Positions 27,259 through 37,004 of a stretch of 64,000 nt of DNA are shown here, piece by piece (the first letter of the stretch is position 1; each line of letters begins with the position of its first letter). Position numbers and translations under genes: made by a program. The stretch lies in sequence record NC_054920.1; one strand, written 5' to 3'. Source of the stretch: Escherichia phage vB_EcoM_G9062. The notes beneath the pieces were generated by a model that was not told the DNA's origin, did not search any database, and saw only the letters and a list, made by a program, of their open reading frames with translations.

Positions 27259-27424
27259 ATATTAATTTCCAGGAGTTTTAAAATAATTCGCTTTTGCTTA
27301 AATATTTCCATAGTTAAATGACCAGTATCTTTTTGACCGATTCCAATGGCAAAACCTTTATTGACAGCGAGTTCAATTAAATTATCAAGCTCACGTAACA
27401 CTTCATACTGTAACTCAAAACTAT

Positions 27425-27637
27425 TCATTTCGGTTTACCTTCTTTAACGAAATCTGGATAAGGATAAAATCCCGAATAAAATCCTTCACCTTTATGATTG
27501 ATGCATCCTTTATTAGAACAATAGCACCAATAATCGAAATCACAAGCCATTTCATCGTTGCATAAAGCAAAAACAACTGGCCATTTACACTTTTCACAAT
27601 GGGCATTTTTAAGAATACTAGTTTGGCTCATAACCAT
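27425..27637 (-). CDS. cysteine-rich small protein (70 aa)
   Basis: eight Cys including HCEKCKW and CYCSNKGC, suggesting a metal-binding fold. Confidence 0.35.
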   Translation of the reverse strand: MVMSQTSILKNAHCEKCKWPVVFALCNDEMACDFDYWCYCSNKGCINHKGEGFYSGFYPYPDFVKEGKPK

Positions 27638-27855
27638 GTAACCTTTAAGCAGTATTCTTCTACATGCTGTTTACGACCTTTCTTATCAATAAAGGTATAT
27701 TCAACGAATGTTCCAATGTAGTCTTTATCTACATCATGCGGACTATTAATTGGACATTTAGTACGGCAAATGCGTTCCCATTGACGAATAATTACTGCCT
27801 TATTCTTTGGGTCATATGGATGTGGATAATGTATATTCATAATAACGGTTCCCAA
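27628..27855 (-). CDS. hypothetical protein (75 aa)
   Basis: small ORF. Confidence 0.3.
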   Translation of the reverse strand: MGTVIMNIHYPHPYDPKNKAVIIRQWERICRTKCPINSPHDVDKDYIGTFVEYTFIDKKGRKQHVEEYCLKVTWL

Positions 27856-28304
27856 TCAACAATCACAATTTCTAATTTAGAGGAATATGTATCTAAAATC
27901 CCCTCAATAATATCCCAGTTCCCTTTACCTATGCCTGCACCAATCCTAGGCATATAGATTGTAGGTTTAATCAGTTTATTTTCACCAAACTCATTTAATT
28001 CTAACATACAATTCATTAAAGCGGAATACTCAAAATTTGGCCCTGGTTGAAATTGAGTATAAAGGTTGAAGCAATACGCTTTATGAGTCCTAAAATATTT
28101 TTCATAGACTGAGTAAGAACCGAGTTTAGTTACATCACCCCATTCAGTCTGTAATTTATCAGCTTCCAAAATTTTAGGGAAAGCTTTGGTTAATTGACCC
28201 GCTACGCCTGAACCCATAGTATGAAAACAATTGCATCCATGCGCAATATTTTTACCTTCAGCGAAAAGGGCGACAATATCGCCCTTGATATATTTTACAA
28301 TCAT
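27837..28304 (-). CDS. macro-domain-like protein (ADP-ribose binding/processing), 155 aa
   Basis: KGDIV...IAHGCNCFHTMGSGVAGQL and PRIGAGIGKGNW resemble the two conserved glycine-rich loops of macro domains. Confidence 0.45.
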   Translation of the reverse strand: MIVKYIKGDIVALFAEGKNIAHGCNCFHTMGSGVAGQLTKAFPKILEADKLQTEWGDVTKLGSYSVYEKYFRTHKAYCFNLYTQFQPGPNFEYSALMNCMLELNEFGENKLIKPTIYMPRIGAGIGKGNWDIIEGILDTYSSKLEIVIVDWEPLL

Positions 28305-28642
28305 CTAGTACTCAATCCTCGATTATAAGAATCTACCAAACGGTCAACCATTGAATGACAAGCGGCTTTATCTTTCTCCTCCGCAACTGAACATTCTAAG
28401 GTATTCCACTTTTTAGCATATCGTTTTAATAATGTATCGTTTTTGTATCTGCTTGATTTATCTCTTTCTCCGTCTTTATATGCATATATTAATTTCTGCG
28501 CAAATTCAGCTTGGCATGCTTTATTTTTCCCACAATAATCTGCCGCAGTGCGATTTACATATTCTCTAATTTCAGTATATGATGTATCTGCTAACGCAGA
28601 AAATGAAATTAATCCTATACATAAAACCAAAATTTTAGTCAT
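28301..28642 (-). CDS. secreted/periplasmic small protein (113 aa)
   Basis: N-terminal signal peptide MTKILVLCIGLISFSALA; four Cys. Confidence 0.4.
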   Translation of the reverse strand: MTKILVLCIGLISFSALADTSYTEIREYVNRTAADYCGKNKACQAEFAQKLIYAYKDGERDKSSRYKNDTLLKRYAKKWNTLECSVAEEKDKAACHSMVDRLVDSYNRGLSTR

Positions 28643-29180
28643 TTACTATTTCCAAAAGTTTATTATTTTTAAGGTAATTAGCCTTTTCTAGGACTTCAGA
28701 AGCATATTTAGAACCTGCTTTAACATTCCATCCCGAATTATAAGATGATATTGCTTTTCTTATATCGCCCTTATGTATATTTAACCAATAAGAAAGTTCA
28801 ATGTACGCCCAGGAAGCTGAATTGGATCGTTTATTCAACATTCTTTTTATTTCAGCATCGGTCATATTATAACCAAGTTCCTTAACTCTTGCTCGCATAG
28901 TAGGCAAATAATTTTGGAACATTCCATAAGCGTGATGCTTTGGTTTAGATTTTAAATTAACTCCGCCAGAGCTTTCTTGCCATAAAATAGCAGCCATTAT
29001 ATGACCTAATCCGCTCTTGTGGATATTTTTGTGTGTTTTATATTTTCCATCCTTAGAAAATTGTTCCCCGAATTGATACGCGTAACGCATGTTATCGAGT
29101 TGGACATTACTGAAAGTATGCTCGGAGCTATGTGCCATCATTGAAATGGCCAATAGACCAGCGAGTAGTGCTTTTCTCAT
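28635..29180 (-). CDS. secreted lytic transglycosylase-like protein (SLT domain), 181 aa
   Basis: signal peptide MRKALLAGLLAISMMAHS; catalytic-type motif WQESSGG, then YGMFQ and SSYNSGW. Confidence 0.5.
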   Translation of the reverse strand: MRKALLAGLLAISMMAHSSEHTFSNVQLDNMRYAYQFGEQFSKDGKYKTHKNIHKSGLGHIMAAILWQESSGGVNLKSKPKHHAYGMFQNYLPTMRARVKELGYNMTDAEIKRMLNKRSNSASWAYIELSYWLNIHKGDIRKAISSYNSGWNVKAGSKYASEVLEKANYLKNNKLLEIVND

Positions 29181-29187
29181 GCTTACC

Positions 29188-29649
29188 TCATTGAGTTTTA
29201 ATTACTGCTTTAGAAGCCTTTCCTGGTAAACGACGACTGTTGATAATTGCCATCCTGCATTGAAGTGACGGGTTTTTGAACTTCTCATTAGGCTTACAAA
29301 CCGTAAATCCAAGCCAAAGATTTCCATCTGTGATTTCTAAACGTCCAGGACGATATTCAACCCCATCAATAAAATCCTCGTCAATGTCAGGACGCGGAGG
29401 CATACTCAGGAATTCATTAACTTCTAAAACATGGTCTTTTATTTTATGGAATAATTCAAAAACATATGTCTCATCAATCTCCCGTTGAATTGCACGATCA
29501 AGAAGATGTTGAGAATATTTTAGATGAAACGATGAGACTCCTGCTGCTTTTGATGCCTCACGAATCTCATTGTTAATTTGACGAAACTCCGACTCAAAAT
29601 GACGACGAAGCTTATTTCTACGGATAAAAACTTCTGTATTGATAGTCAT
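29188..29649 (-). CDS. regB: sequence-specific endoribonuclease RegB
   Basis: 153 aa; MTINTEVFIRRNKLRRHFESEFRQ... matches my recollection of T4 RegB; preceded by an early promoter. Confidence 0.8.
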   Translation of the reverse strand: MTINTEVFIRRNKLRRHFESEFRQINNEIREASKAAGVSSFHLKYSQHLLDRAIQREIDETYVFELFHKIKDHVLEVNEFLSMPPRPDIDEDFIDGVEYRPGRLEITDGNLWLGFTVCKPNEKFKNPSLQCRMAIINSRRLPGKASKAVIKTQ

Positions 29650-29676
29650 GTTATTCTCCTCTTAACTGATAGAAAA

Positions 29677-29706
29677 ATTATACCACAGTCAAGAGGAAAA
29701 GTAAAC
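29677..29706 (-). promoter_or_regulatory. early promoter of regB (minus strand GTTTAC, 18-nt spacer, TATAAT)
   Basis: plus gtaaac 29701-29706, attata 29677-29682; AGAGGAGA RBS then ATG. Confidence 0.55.
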
Positions 29707-29708
29707 AG

Positions 29709-30029
29709 TTATTCTTTAAATCTAATCAATTTATTCATAGACTTTGTAACTTCTGCACGAACCTCATGTAAGTTTTTAAGCTGTTCAAGACTTTGCTCAT
29801 AGTAAGCAATTTCATCTTCTTCGAGGCAGTCCTGTGAATCTTCTTTAAGATAACGTGCATAGTCCTGGAAAGCTTTACGGACTACTTCCTGGAAGTCATC
29901 AAGACTTTGAATTTTCTTAGGAGCAACAGATACACGACGAGGGGCAGTATAATACTCATAACCAAACCCTGCGCTTAATTGAGCCATTAGTATTTTTCCT
30001 CTGGTTGGAACACTGCGCGACAAGCCCAC
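29709..30029 (-). CDS. hypothetical protein (106 aa)
   Basis: ORF upstream of regB. Confidence 0.35.
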   Translation of the reverse strand: MGLSRSVPTRGKILMAQLSAGFGYEYYTAPRRVSVAPKKIQSLDDFQEVVRKAFQDYARYLKEDSQDCLEEDEIAYYEQSLEQLKNLHEVRAEVTKSMNKLIRFKE

Positions 30030-30253
30030 ATACTGGCTTCTTTGAGTTTCATTTTAGCAATAGTTAACTGATCGAGGCTTTCGGCGTAATTCTTCGCGAG
30101 TTCATCATCTTCACAGCTATCAAATGCTTCCCAGAATTCATCATATAAAGCATCAAAGATAAGCCCTAAACGAACTTCAGCATCTTTGATAGCATTCACT
30201 TTACTGATTTTATCGTCAGTATGTGGTTTATAACCTTTAATGTCTTCAATCAT
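29987..30253 (-). CDS. hypothetical acidic protein (88 aa)
   Basis: small ORF. Confidence 0.35.
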   Translation of the reverse strand: MIEDIKGYKPHTDDKISKVNAIKDAEVRLGLIFDALYDEFWEAFDSCEDDELAKNYAESLDQLTIAKMKLKEASMWACRAVFQPEEKY

Positions 30254-30467
30254 ATTTTACTTCCTCACCTGTTCCCAAATCATATTCAACTAAACGAATA
30301 GGTTCATGAATGCCATATCCTTGAACAGAAATTTCTGTCGTAGGATAAATTCCATTAATATCACCCATGTTCCATGCTTCGTTAAATTGCTGTTCGCCTG
30401 AATTACTAAACCACTCGGCGAAAGCATTTAGCACATCTTCAGAACCTTCAATAATTATCTTTGCCAT
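30246..30467 (-). CDS. hypothetical protein (73 aa)
   Basis: small ORF. Confidence 0.35.
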   Translation of the reverse strand: MAKIIIEGSEDVLNAFAEWFSNSGEQQFNEAWNMGDINGIYPTTEISVQGYGIHEPIRLVEYDLGTGEEVKYD

Positions 30468-30829
30468 TACAAACTCTCGGTGAAGGTACGAGCGATAACG
30501 TCGCGCTGCTGTTCCGGAGTCAGAGAGTTAAAGCGAACTGCATAACCGGATACACGGATGGTCAGCTGCGGATATTTTTCCGGATGCTTAACTGCATCTT
30601 CCAGAGTTTCACGACGCAGAACGTTAACGTTCAGGTGTTGACCACCTTCAATTTTAACTGTAGGCTGTTGCTCAATTTCAATTTCACGGGCATGCAAACC
30701 ATAGAAAATTTCTGGGTCTACAAAAGAGTCCTCTTTAAAGGTTTTAGAGACAATAATTCGTGCTTGAATACCATCTTCAAAATAAATAGTACCTTTATGT
30801 GTGCCTTCAAGAATTTGATATGCTTTCAT
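30467..30829 (-). CDS. autonomous glycyl radical cofactor (GrcA/YfiD-like; T4 Y06I-type)
   Basis: C-terminal [60 protein letters not shown] carries the glycyl-radical RVSGY motif and matches E. coli GrcA as I recall it. Confidence 0.8.
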   Translation of the reverse strand: MKAYQILEGTHKGTIYFEDGIQARIIVSKTFKEDSFVDPEIFYGLHAREIEIEQQPTVKIEGGQHLNVNVLRRETLEDAVKHPEKYPQLTIRVSGYAVRFNSLTPEQQRDVIARTFTESL

Positions 30830-30835
30830 ATAACC

Positions 30836-31216
30836 TCAATTAGAAAATAAATTTATCCAAGATTGTTCTTTAATTAAAAATGGCTCAGAATCATATGCCA
30901 TTAAACTCTGTGTGATTAGTCCTTTAAAAGGCCCATCAATAAATTCCATGGTAAAATATGGAATTTTATTCATTAGCCGTGCATTAGGAGCCGTGCACAA
31001 AACTCTGCATCCTTTGAATACGCCTTTTTGTAATTTGTATTGCTTGGGATAAAATTCGCTCAAAATGTTATTTTTTGCCAAAATTTCAAAATGATTCACC
31101 AATTTATTTTTAATAGTTTTTGGCGAAAAATAAAGATATTCGAAAAGCTGAGTGTCTGTCATCATTGCATTCCGATTACGAAAAACTGTGGACGAGTAAT
31201 ACCACCAATGCAACAT
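30836..31216 (-). CDS. hypothetical protein (126 aa)
   Basis: ORF; start uncertain. Confidence 0.35.
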   Translation of the reverse strand: MLHWWYYSSTVFRNRNAMMTDTQLFEYLYFSPKTIKNKLVNHFEILAKNNILSEFYPKQYKLQKGVFKGCRVLCTAPNARLMNKIPYFTMEFIDGPFKGLITQSLMAYDSEPFLIKEQSWINLFSN

Positions 31217-31749
31217 TTAATATTACAGCAGCAGTGTACAGTGTCAATATGGACACTATAAATCTTATCCATATCAGGAGATTTGACAGGCTCATCAATT
31301 ATATACAAAATTCGCGAAAGCGATAAACCTCTGAACTTGCTTCCTTTATTACCAATAAAACTGCGCACAGAATCAGTAAATAAACGAAAACGTATATCAT
31401 CATTAGAATAACGCGAAAATTCCTTTTTAATATTATCTGCGGAAATTTTAGCGTAAGCTGAAGTATTAGAAAGAACAATAACTGTTCCACCGTCATACAA
31501 CCAATTAGCGGCAAAATTAGTTACTGCAGTTGATTTACCAGATTGACGCCCACCATCTAGTCGAAGTGTACAATACTGTTTAAGTAAGTCTTCAAATGGC
31601 GGGATATATTCGTTTTTACAAATTTCTTCTACTCTAGCATCAGAATGGTGTGTAAAAGCATTCATCAGGGATAGATAAGGACCAGTTAAAAATGTTCTCA
31701 TTTTGTTCTCTCTAGGTTTGGGCCATTCCATGGCGCATGAATTGTCCAT
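31162..31749 (-). CDS. hypothetical P-loop-containing protein (up to 195 aa)
   Basis: Walker A-like GGRQSGKST and IIDEP; true start may be MRTFLTG at about 31701. Confidence 0.35.
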   Translation of the reverse strand: MDNSCAMEWPKPRENKMRTFLTGPYLSLMNAFTHHSDARVEEICKNEYIPPFEDLLKQYCTLRLDGGRQSGKSTAVTNFAANWLYDGGTVIVLSNTSAYAKISADNIKKEFSRYSNDDIRFRLFTDSVRSFIGNKGSKFRGLSLSRILYIIDEPVKSPDMDKIYSVHIDTVHCCCNIKCCIGGITRPQFFVIGMQ

Positions 31750-31846
31750 TTCTGTATTTACCCATTACCGCACTTGGGCTCGACCTTATTACAGGTTGGC
31801 GGGAATCCCTCACAGAATCATGAGGTCCAGGTTATTCCCATGTTAT

Positions 31847-32263
31847 TTAAATGTAAATATTTTTGCCGTAATACTTATACCAGTGTGGCTTCATTAAAAT
31901 TTTTTCATCGAGTCGTTGTTGACTCAACTTAATAGCTGATTTGCATGGATTATAATCATTTTTCCATTCTACTGGAATATCGCTGATGTCAGGAACTTCA
32001 GTATCTTTTATACTGAACCCGCGTTTTAAGCATTCCGTTATAATGTCCGATTGACGCTTTCGCAAAAATTCTAACTTATCGTAAAAGAAAGTAACATGAC
32101 CAGAACCTAAAATAAATTTAGAAGATATTTTAAAATCTTTAACGCGCTTACCGTTTGCCACATGCTTACGAACTATACCAAAAACACGCGGCAATTCACG
32201 GTATTCTGCGATTAAATGTTGATCAGCAAGTTCAGATACTAAAGTCAAATTAATACGAGTCAT
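31847..32263 (-). CDS. denV: endonuclease V (pyrimidine dimer DNA glycosylase)
   Basis: 138 aa; [28 protein letters not shown] matches my recollection of T4 endo V. Confidence 0.85.
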   Translation of the reverse strand: MTRINLTLVSELADQHLIAEYRELPRVFGIVRKHVANGKRVKDFKISSKFILGSGHVTFFYDKLEFLRKRQSDIITECLKRGFSIKDTEVPDISDIPVEWKNDYNPCKSAIKLSQQRLDEKILMKPHWYKYYGKNIYI

Positions 32264-32287
32264 TTTATCCCTCCAAGTAACTGTGAA

Positions 32288-32318
32288 TATACTATCACAA
32301 TTCTAGGAGAAAGTAAAC
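32288..32318 (-). promoter_or_regulatory. early promoter upstream of denV (GTTTAC ... TAGTAT)
   Basis: plus gtaaac 32313-32318; -10-like tagtat; GGAG RBS follows. Confidence 0.4.
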
Positions 32319-32322
32319 AACT

Positions 32323-32853
<531 letters not shown>

Positions 32854-33309
32854 TTAAAAGAGGCTGTTCATTATTCGGTAAAGTGAAGGACCCATCACAT
32901 ATTGCCACTGAGTACGAGGAATAAGAGCAAAAGCATCCATCTCTGGAATCATAACGCCATCTTTATTTTCAAAATAAGACTCGCAATGGCAATTTCTAAA
33001 CATCTCATGCTCTACTGGAATCGTATAATAAAATAACTGTAAGTCTTTATTACTAGAATATTTAAATACACCTAAGTCTTCTAGAAGGTCTGGATTATAA
33101 TCGATAAAACCAGTCTCTTCTGAGCATTCTCTTTTTGCAGCTTCCAGTGCATTCAAATCAGAACTTTCTACGCGGCCCTTTGGAATATCCCAGCGATGTG
33201 CCATCATTCCAGGCTTACGAGAACCAGTAACCCGACCCATAAATAAATCTTTATCTTCTGTCATAAAGATAATACCAGCTGATAGTGTTTTCATTTTAAT
33301 TTCCTGCAT
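32854..33309 (-). CDS. nudE: Nudix hydrolase
   Basis: 151 aa; Nudix box GRVESSDLNALEAAKRECSEETGF; adjacent to e as in T4. Confidence 0.7.
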   Translation of the reverse strand: MQEIKMKTLSAGIIFMTEDKDLFMGRVTGSRKPGMMAHRWDIPKGRVESSDLNALEAAKRECSEETGFIDYNPDLLEDLGVFKYSSNKDLQLFYYTIPVEHEMFRNCHCESYFENKDGVMIPEMDAFALIPRTQWQYVMGPSLYRIMNSLF

Positions 33310-33482
33310 TCAGTGATAAAGTTATTTAAATTTTGAGTATATTTCTTTTCATCAAAAATCTTTTGTTGTCTGCGTAAACGCCATGGCATTTCAATGAACA
33401 TACGCCATATTCCTGATAATACTGCTGCTGTAAAAATATTAACAAGTATAGTTAAAAGAACCCAATCTCCTATTCTGTCCAT
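33291..33482 (-). CDS. small membrane protein (63 aa)
   Basis: hydrophobic N-terminal helix. Confidence 0.3.
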   Translation of the reverse strand: MDRIGDWVLLTILVNIFTAAVLSGIWRMFIEMPWRLRRQQKIFDEKKYTQNLNNFITECRKLK

Positions 33483-33490
33483 TGGATTTT

Positions 33491-33778
33491 TTATAAAAAG
33501 TAAAATACGAACGATGATATAGGAAGACTAATGATATACCACAGAAGAACCTTCTTATCTGTGAACCAATCAGCATTCGTTAACTTAGCGCGACCGTTTT
33601 GAATACATACGAACTTATCATCTGTTACAGTAAATGGCTTAGCTGCTTGATATCCCATTCTAAACTCCCTAATCAACAAATTTTTCATATCTTCGGAACA
33701 ACCATTCCAGTCAACTCTATCAACTGAAATGCCATCATCCCCATCATCTAAATCATACCAGCGAGTTTTTAAAATCAT
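33491..33778 (-). CDS. hypothetical protein (95 aa)
   Basis: ORF with C-terminal hydrophobic helix. Confidence 0.35.
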   Translation of the reverse strand: MILKTRWYDLDDGDDGISVDRVDWNGCSEDMKNLLIREFRMGYQAAKPFTVTDDKFVCIQNGRAKLTNADWFTDKKVLLWYIISLPISSFVFYFL

Positions 33779-34137
33779 TTAATTTTCCTACAATCACTCA
33801 CAAACTCTTTCATTGACTCATTTTCAATATAAGACATGTAGCTATTATATTCTTTTAATTGTATTTTGTAATCCTTTTTTCTTTGCCAATTTATTTTAAA
33901 ATTATCATAATGAAAATATAACATGGTACCAAAGAATGAAAATAATGAAATCGCTATAGTAAAACGAAGTTCACTCCAAACCTCTGTTATAATTACTGTG
34001 CCGTCGATATTTAAAATAAAACAGTCAATTAACAATCCAATAAGACTACCCGCAAGAGCTGTAAATACTGATACAGCAAGAATTAATAGTGCCTCAGGAA
34101 ACGAATATTTGACTTTATTTAGTTTTGGCTTTTGCAT
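33775..34137 (-). CDS. membrane protein (120 aa)
   Basis: two or three predicted TM helices. Confidence 0.4.
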   Translation of the reverse strand: MQKPKLNKVKYSFPEALLILAVSVFTALAGSLIGLLIDCFILNIDGTVIITEVWSELRFTIAISLFSFFGTMLYFHYDNFKINWQRKKDYKIQLKEYNSYMSYIENESMKEFVSDCRKIK

Positions 34138-34532
34138 CGTGATTCCTTAACAAATTTCATAATTTCATCAAATTCATACATATCTAGCTTAAGCTGGTGT
34201 TCCTTTTTAATCTTTTTACACTGAGCTTTCCAATCACGTACACGTTTACGATAATGTCTTCCTTGATACCAGTATCCTACCCAATTTACGGGTACTAATA
34301 AAAGTGGAACTATTAATGGAAGAATTAGCATTAACACAAGTATTTCGCCAGAATCAATATCAGTCATAACATCTAAAACACCTCCAATAATCAATAGAAT
34401 TACAAATGATATGAGTATAACAGGACCTATTAACACATCAGTAGAAATTATCTGACGCTTTGGTTCATACTTCACAGGTTTACTTGGAAGGTATAGTGAT
34501 GGTTTTGACATATTCTCTACATTCCTTAACAA
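34119..34532 (-). CDS. membrane protein (137 aa)
   Basis: two TM helices, basic C-terminus. Confidence 0.4.
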   Translation of the reverse strand: MLRNVENMSKPSLYLPSKPVKYEPKRQIISTDVLIGPVILISFVILLIIGGVLDVMTDIDSGEILVLMLILPLIVPLLLVPVNWVGYWYQGRHYRKRVRDWKAQCKKIKKEHQLKLDMYEFDEIMKFVKESRCKSQN

Positions 34533-35094
34533 ATTTTTCTAGTAATAAATCACTTTCAAAATTGGGATTTTCTACAAATTTATCAAAAAGATCATCAACA
34601 ATAGTTAAGATATTCTTTTTACTAAGAATACGTTTATTTTCATGCTTCGTTTCAGAATCAACTATAAGAGTAAAGAAATATTTCTTGCCCTGAAATTTTA
34701 CAGTAGTATCAATATAAAATAAATTTGACTTTTGTAAATTACGTTTAAACCATGCGTCACTTAAACTATAAACACCGAGATAATCAAAATCGTCGTTTAA
34801 ATAACAAACCGTCCATTCAGGAGAAATGAAATCAGTAAATTCAACATCAAAATCACACGTCAATGAATGAATTGATTCAATACTGTTAATGAGTATTCCA
34901 GGACGTATTAAAGACTTTTTACCTCTAGAAAATCTTCCGGAAAGGCTTTCATCAGTTTCATATGAAGACCCCCAATAGTAATTACGTCCTTCTGCCATGC
35001 GTTTAAGAGCATTTAGTAATTGGTCTGGAACATCAACCTGTCTTTGGAACTCTTCAAACATTGAATTGAAATCACTTTGCATTTTCATTTTCAT
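34480..35094 (-). CDS. hypothetical protein (204 aa)
   Basis: ORF; no motif recognised. Confidence 0.45.
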   Translation of the reverse strand: MKMKMQSDFNSMFEEFQRQVDVPDQLLNALKRMAEGRNYYWGSSYETDESLSGRFSRGKKSLIRPGILINSIESIHSLTCDFDVEFTDFISPEWTVCYLNDDFDYLGVYSLSDAWFKRNLQKSNLFYIDTTVKFQGKKYFFTLIVDSETKHENKRILSKKNILTIVDDLFDKFVENPNFESDLLLEKFVKECREYVKTITIPSK

Positions 35095-35118
35095 TCCTAT
35101 TTACTCCAAGTATAAGGG

Positions 35119-35140
35119 GCCGAAGCCCCTTATCATTATT
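35119..35140 (-). other. intercistronic UUCG-tetraloop hairpin (AAGGGGC-UUCG-GCCCCUU)
   Basis: perfect 7-bp stem right after the upstream stop codon; no U tract, so more likely an RNA stability/processing element than a terminator. Confidence 0.45.
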
Positions 35141-35729
35141 TCAGAGAATTAATGTATTCCTGAACATCGGCAGAGGTAGTTTCAACCCCAGAAATATTAC
35201 CGTTAAAGGTTTCAACTCGAGCAAGGGTATCTTCAATATCAACCTTAGTCAGTGCTGCAATTTCAACTACATCATCAGCAGTACTAATTCCAAGGGCATT
35301 TGCTGCACGAGTTTCACGGATATATTCCAATTTAACCGCAAGTTCTTGACGAGCATCATCTAACTCAACTACTTTCTTGGCGATTTCAATTCGCATTTCA
35401 GCATAACCGTCAGCCTTAGTAGTCAACTGCTCAGCTGTTCGACGATATAGTAAACCGAGTTTAGCATGCATTGTTACATCTTGGCCTTCGGAAAGAAGTT
35501 TACGAATTTCACGCTCTTTTGATTCGGCCTGTCGATTCTTTTCGATAACAAGTTCACGAATACGTTTTTCTTCGTTAATAGATTTAACAGAAGCAGTTTT
35601 TAGATCTTTAATTTTATCAAGTAGTTTTGCTGCTGCAGCAGTATACTGTTCTTCGACAGATAGATTTTTAGCCATAGCAGAACCAAGTTTAGTGCGAATA
35701 AACTCAACAATTTTCTTCAGTGTGTTCAT
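35136..35729 (-). CDS. coiled-coil protein (197 aa), possibly PspA/IM30-like
   Basis: long heptad-like helical sequence resembling PspA-family architecture; weak call. Confidence 0.35.
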   Translation of the reverse strand: MNTLKKIVEFIRTKLGSAMAKNLSVEEQYTAAAAKLLDKIKDLKTASVKSINEEKRIRELVIEKNRQAESKEREIRKLLSEGQDVTMHAKLGLLYRRTAEQLTTKADGYAEMRIEIAKKVVELDDARQELAVKLEYIRETRAANALGISTADDVVEIAALTKVDIEDTLARVETFNGNISGVETTSADVQEYINSLK

Positions 35730-35800
35730 AGTATTTCCTTAGGTTAATTGAGATTTAAAATCCGTAGGAGTATAATACTCTATCGTCAAATTATAGGCTC

Positions 35801-35830
35801 ATAATATCTCAATCATGAGCCTGCGTAAAC
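35801..35830 (-). promoter_or_regulatory. early promoter with stem-loop (GTTTAC ... TATTAT)
   Basis: plus gtaaac 35825-35830; ggctcat...atgagcc inverted repeat around the -10. Confidence 0.4.
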
Positions 35831-36094
35831 TTATTTCATATTATTGAAATATTCTTCTGCGATTTCGTCGTTATCATGGTAAACTTTAGAAGACAGTTTA
35901 ACATAACCTTCTGCTGTGAACATATTAATCACAACTTTTACAGTATACCACTGACCGTCTTCATTACCCATTACTGCGTAAGTTTCAAACATCGGATGAT
36001 CAGGACCGATAACTTTAATATCATTCACTGTACGACCGAAATCTTCTGAAACGCATTTCATAAAGAAGTTGAACAGTTCGCCGTAATTATCCAT
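35831..36094 (-). CDS. hypothetical protein (87 aa from MDNYGELF)
   Basis: internal ATG with GGAGAA RBS; ORF track's N-terminal 40 codons translate the promoter (FFTKLFTS motif). Confidence 0.4.
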   Translation of the reverse strand: MDNYGELFNFFMKCVSEDFGRTVNDIKVIGPDHPMFETYAVMGNEDGQWYTVKVVINMFTAEGYVKLSSKVYHDNDEIAEEYFNNMK

Positions 36095-36137
36095 TTCATT
36101 CTCCAAGTTGTTTTCTGTATCAGTAGTTGATAGTTGT

Positions 36138-36167
36138 ATAGTACCATGGAAGAACAGAGATGTAAAC
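36138..36167 (-). promoter_or_regulatory. T4-type early promoter cassette (GTTTACA ... TACTATAC)
   Basis: plus tgtaaac 36161-36167, atagta 36138-36143, gttgatagttgtatagtacca core. Confidence 0.5.
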
Positions 36168-36289
36168 AGTTTTGTGAAAAAATTTTTAGGGAATTCTAGG
36201 GCAGGGATGGGCAATTAAAGGATAGGTAATATATTATAAAGGGTATAAACTAAATGATGCCTAGAGAGGTCCAGAAAGGCCTAGATACC

Positions 36290-36314
36290 AAAAAGCCCTA
36301 TCATTTAGATAGGG
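36290..36314 (-). terminator. intrinsic terminator (CCCUAUC loop GAUAGGG + U5)
   Basis: minus-strand hairpin followed by CUUUUU, 8 nt after the stop of ORF 36323..36886. Confidence 0.5.
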
Positions 36315-36322
36315 ATTTAAAA

Positions 36323-36886
36323 TTATTTACCTAGTTTACTTATTATAGCTTCTGCAGCAGCTTTTAGCTTAGATGCAGTGTTAATACGATTTTTAATTTC
36401 AGTATACGCATCGCCAAGAACATCAAGGCTATCAGAATAAACACTTACACTATTGCGTTCGCTATTTGAAATAGAACCTTTAGTTTTGCGGTCAAAATCG
36501 GTGTACACGTCTTGAAGATCGCGGGCTGCCTTCTTTGCATCATCCAATGCATCAAGAGCTTTATTCAAAGCATTAACGTATTTTTTAGTGTCGAACATAT
36601 TCTTAGAAATTTTAACAGGTGCGCGTTCAGGAGTAGCTAACACAGATTTAGGAACCTGAGCGCCAGATGCCAATTTCTTAGAAATTTTGAAAAATGCTTT
36701 ATTGAATTTATTTTCTTGACTCATTGTAAAAGAACTATTATCGATGTTGTACATTTCAATAGCTTTAGCTTTCCACTTAAGAAAATCGCCGCGGTCTTTT
36801 GGGTCCAATTGGAAGAATACTTTAGTAAGATCTGCTTCAGATGGTAATTTTGCTGCTTCGGTTAAAAATTCGGCATAGGTTTTCAT
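36323..36886 (-). CDS. internal-protein-like capsid-targeted protein (187 aa)
   Basis: N-terminus MKTYAEFLTEAAKL resembles the T4 IP capsid-targeting sequence (MKTYQEFIAEA) with prohead-protease-type LxE site. Confidence 0.5.
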   Translation of the reverse strand: MKTYAEFLTEAAKLPSEADLTKVFFQLDPKDRGDFLKWKAKAIEMYNIDNSSFTMSQENKFNKAFFKISKKLASGAQVPKSVLATPERAPVKISKNMFDTKKYVNALNKALDALDDAKKAARDLQDVYTDFDRKTKGSISNSERNSVSVYSDSLDVLGDAYTEIKNRINTASKLKAAAEAIISKLGK

Positions 36887-36974
36887 TTAAAATCCTTGAA
36901 ATAATTTATCGGTTGGTTATTAATTATTTATTACTTTGTTACTATCCGTAACAGCGTTATCCGAGTGATTCAAA

Positions 36975-37004
36975 CTAAAAAGCCCCAACCTTTCGGTCGG
37001 GGCT
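36975..37004 (-). terminator. intrinsic terminator, copy 2 of a repeated 33-bp element
   Basis: minus-strand AGCCCCGACC-GAAA-GGUUGGGGCU + UUUUUAG; identical to the element at 37531-37559. Confidence 0.65.
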
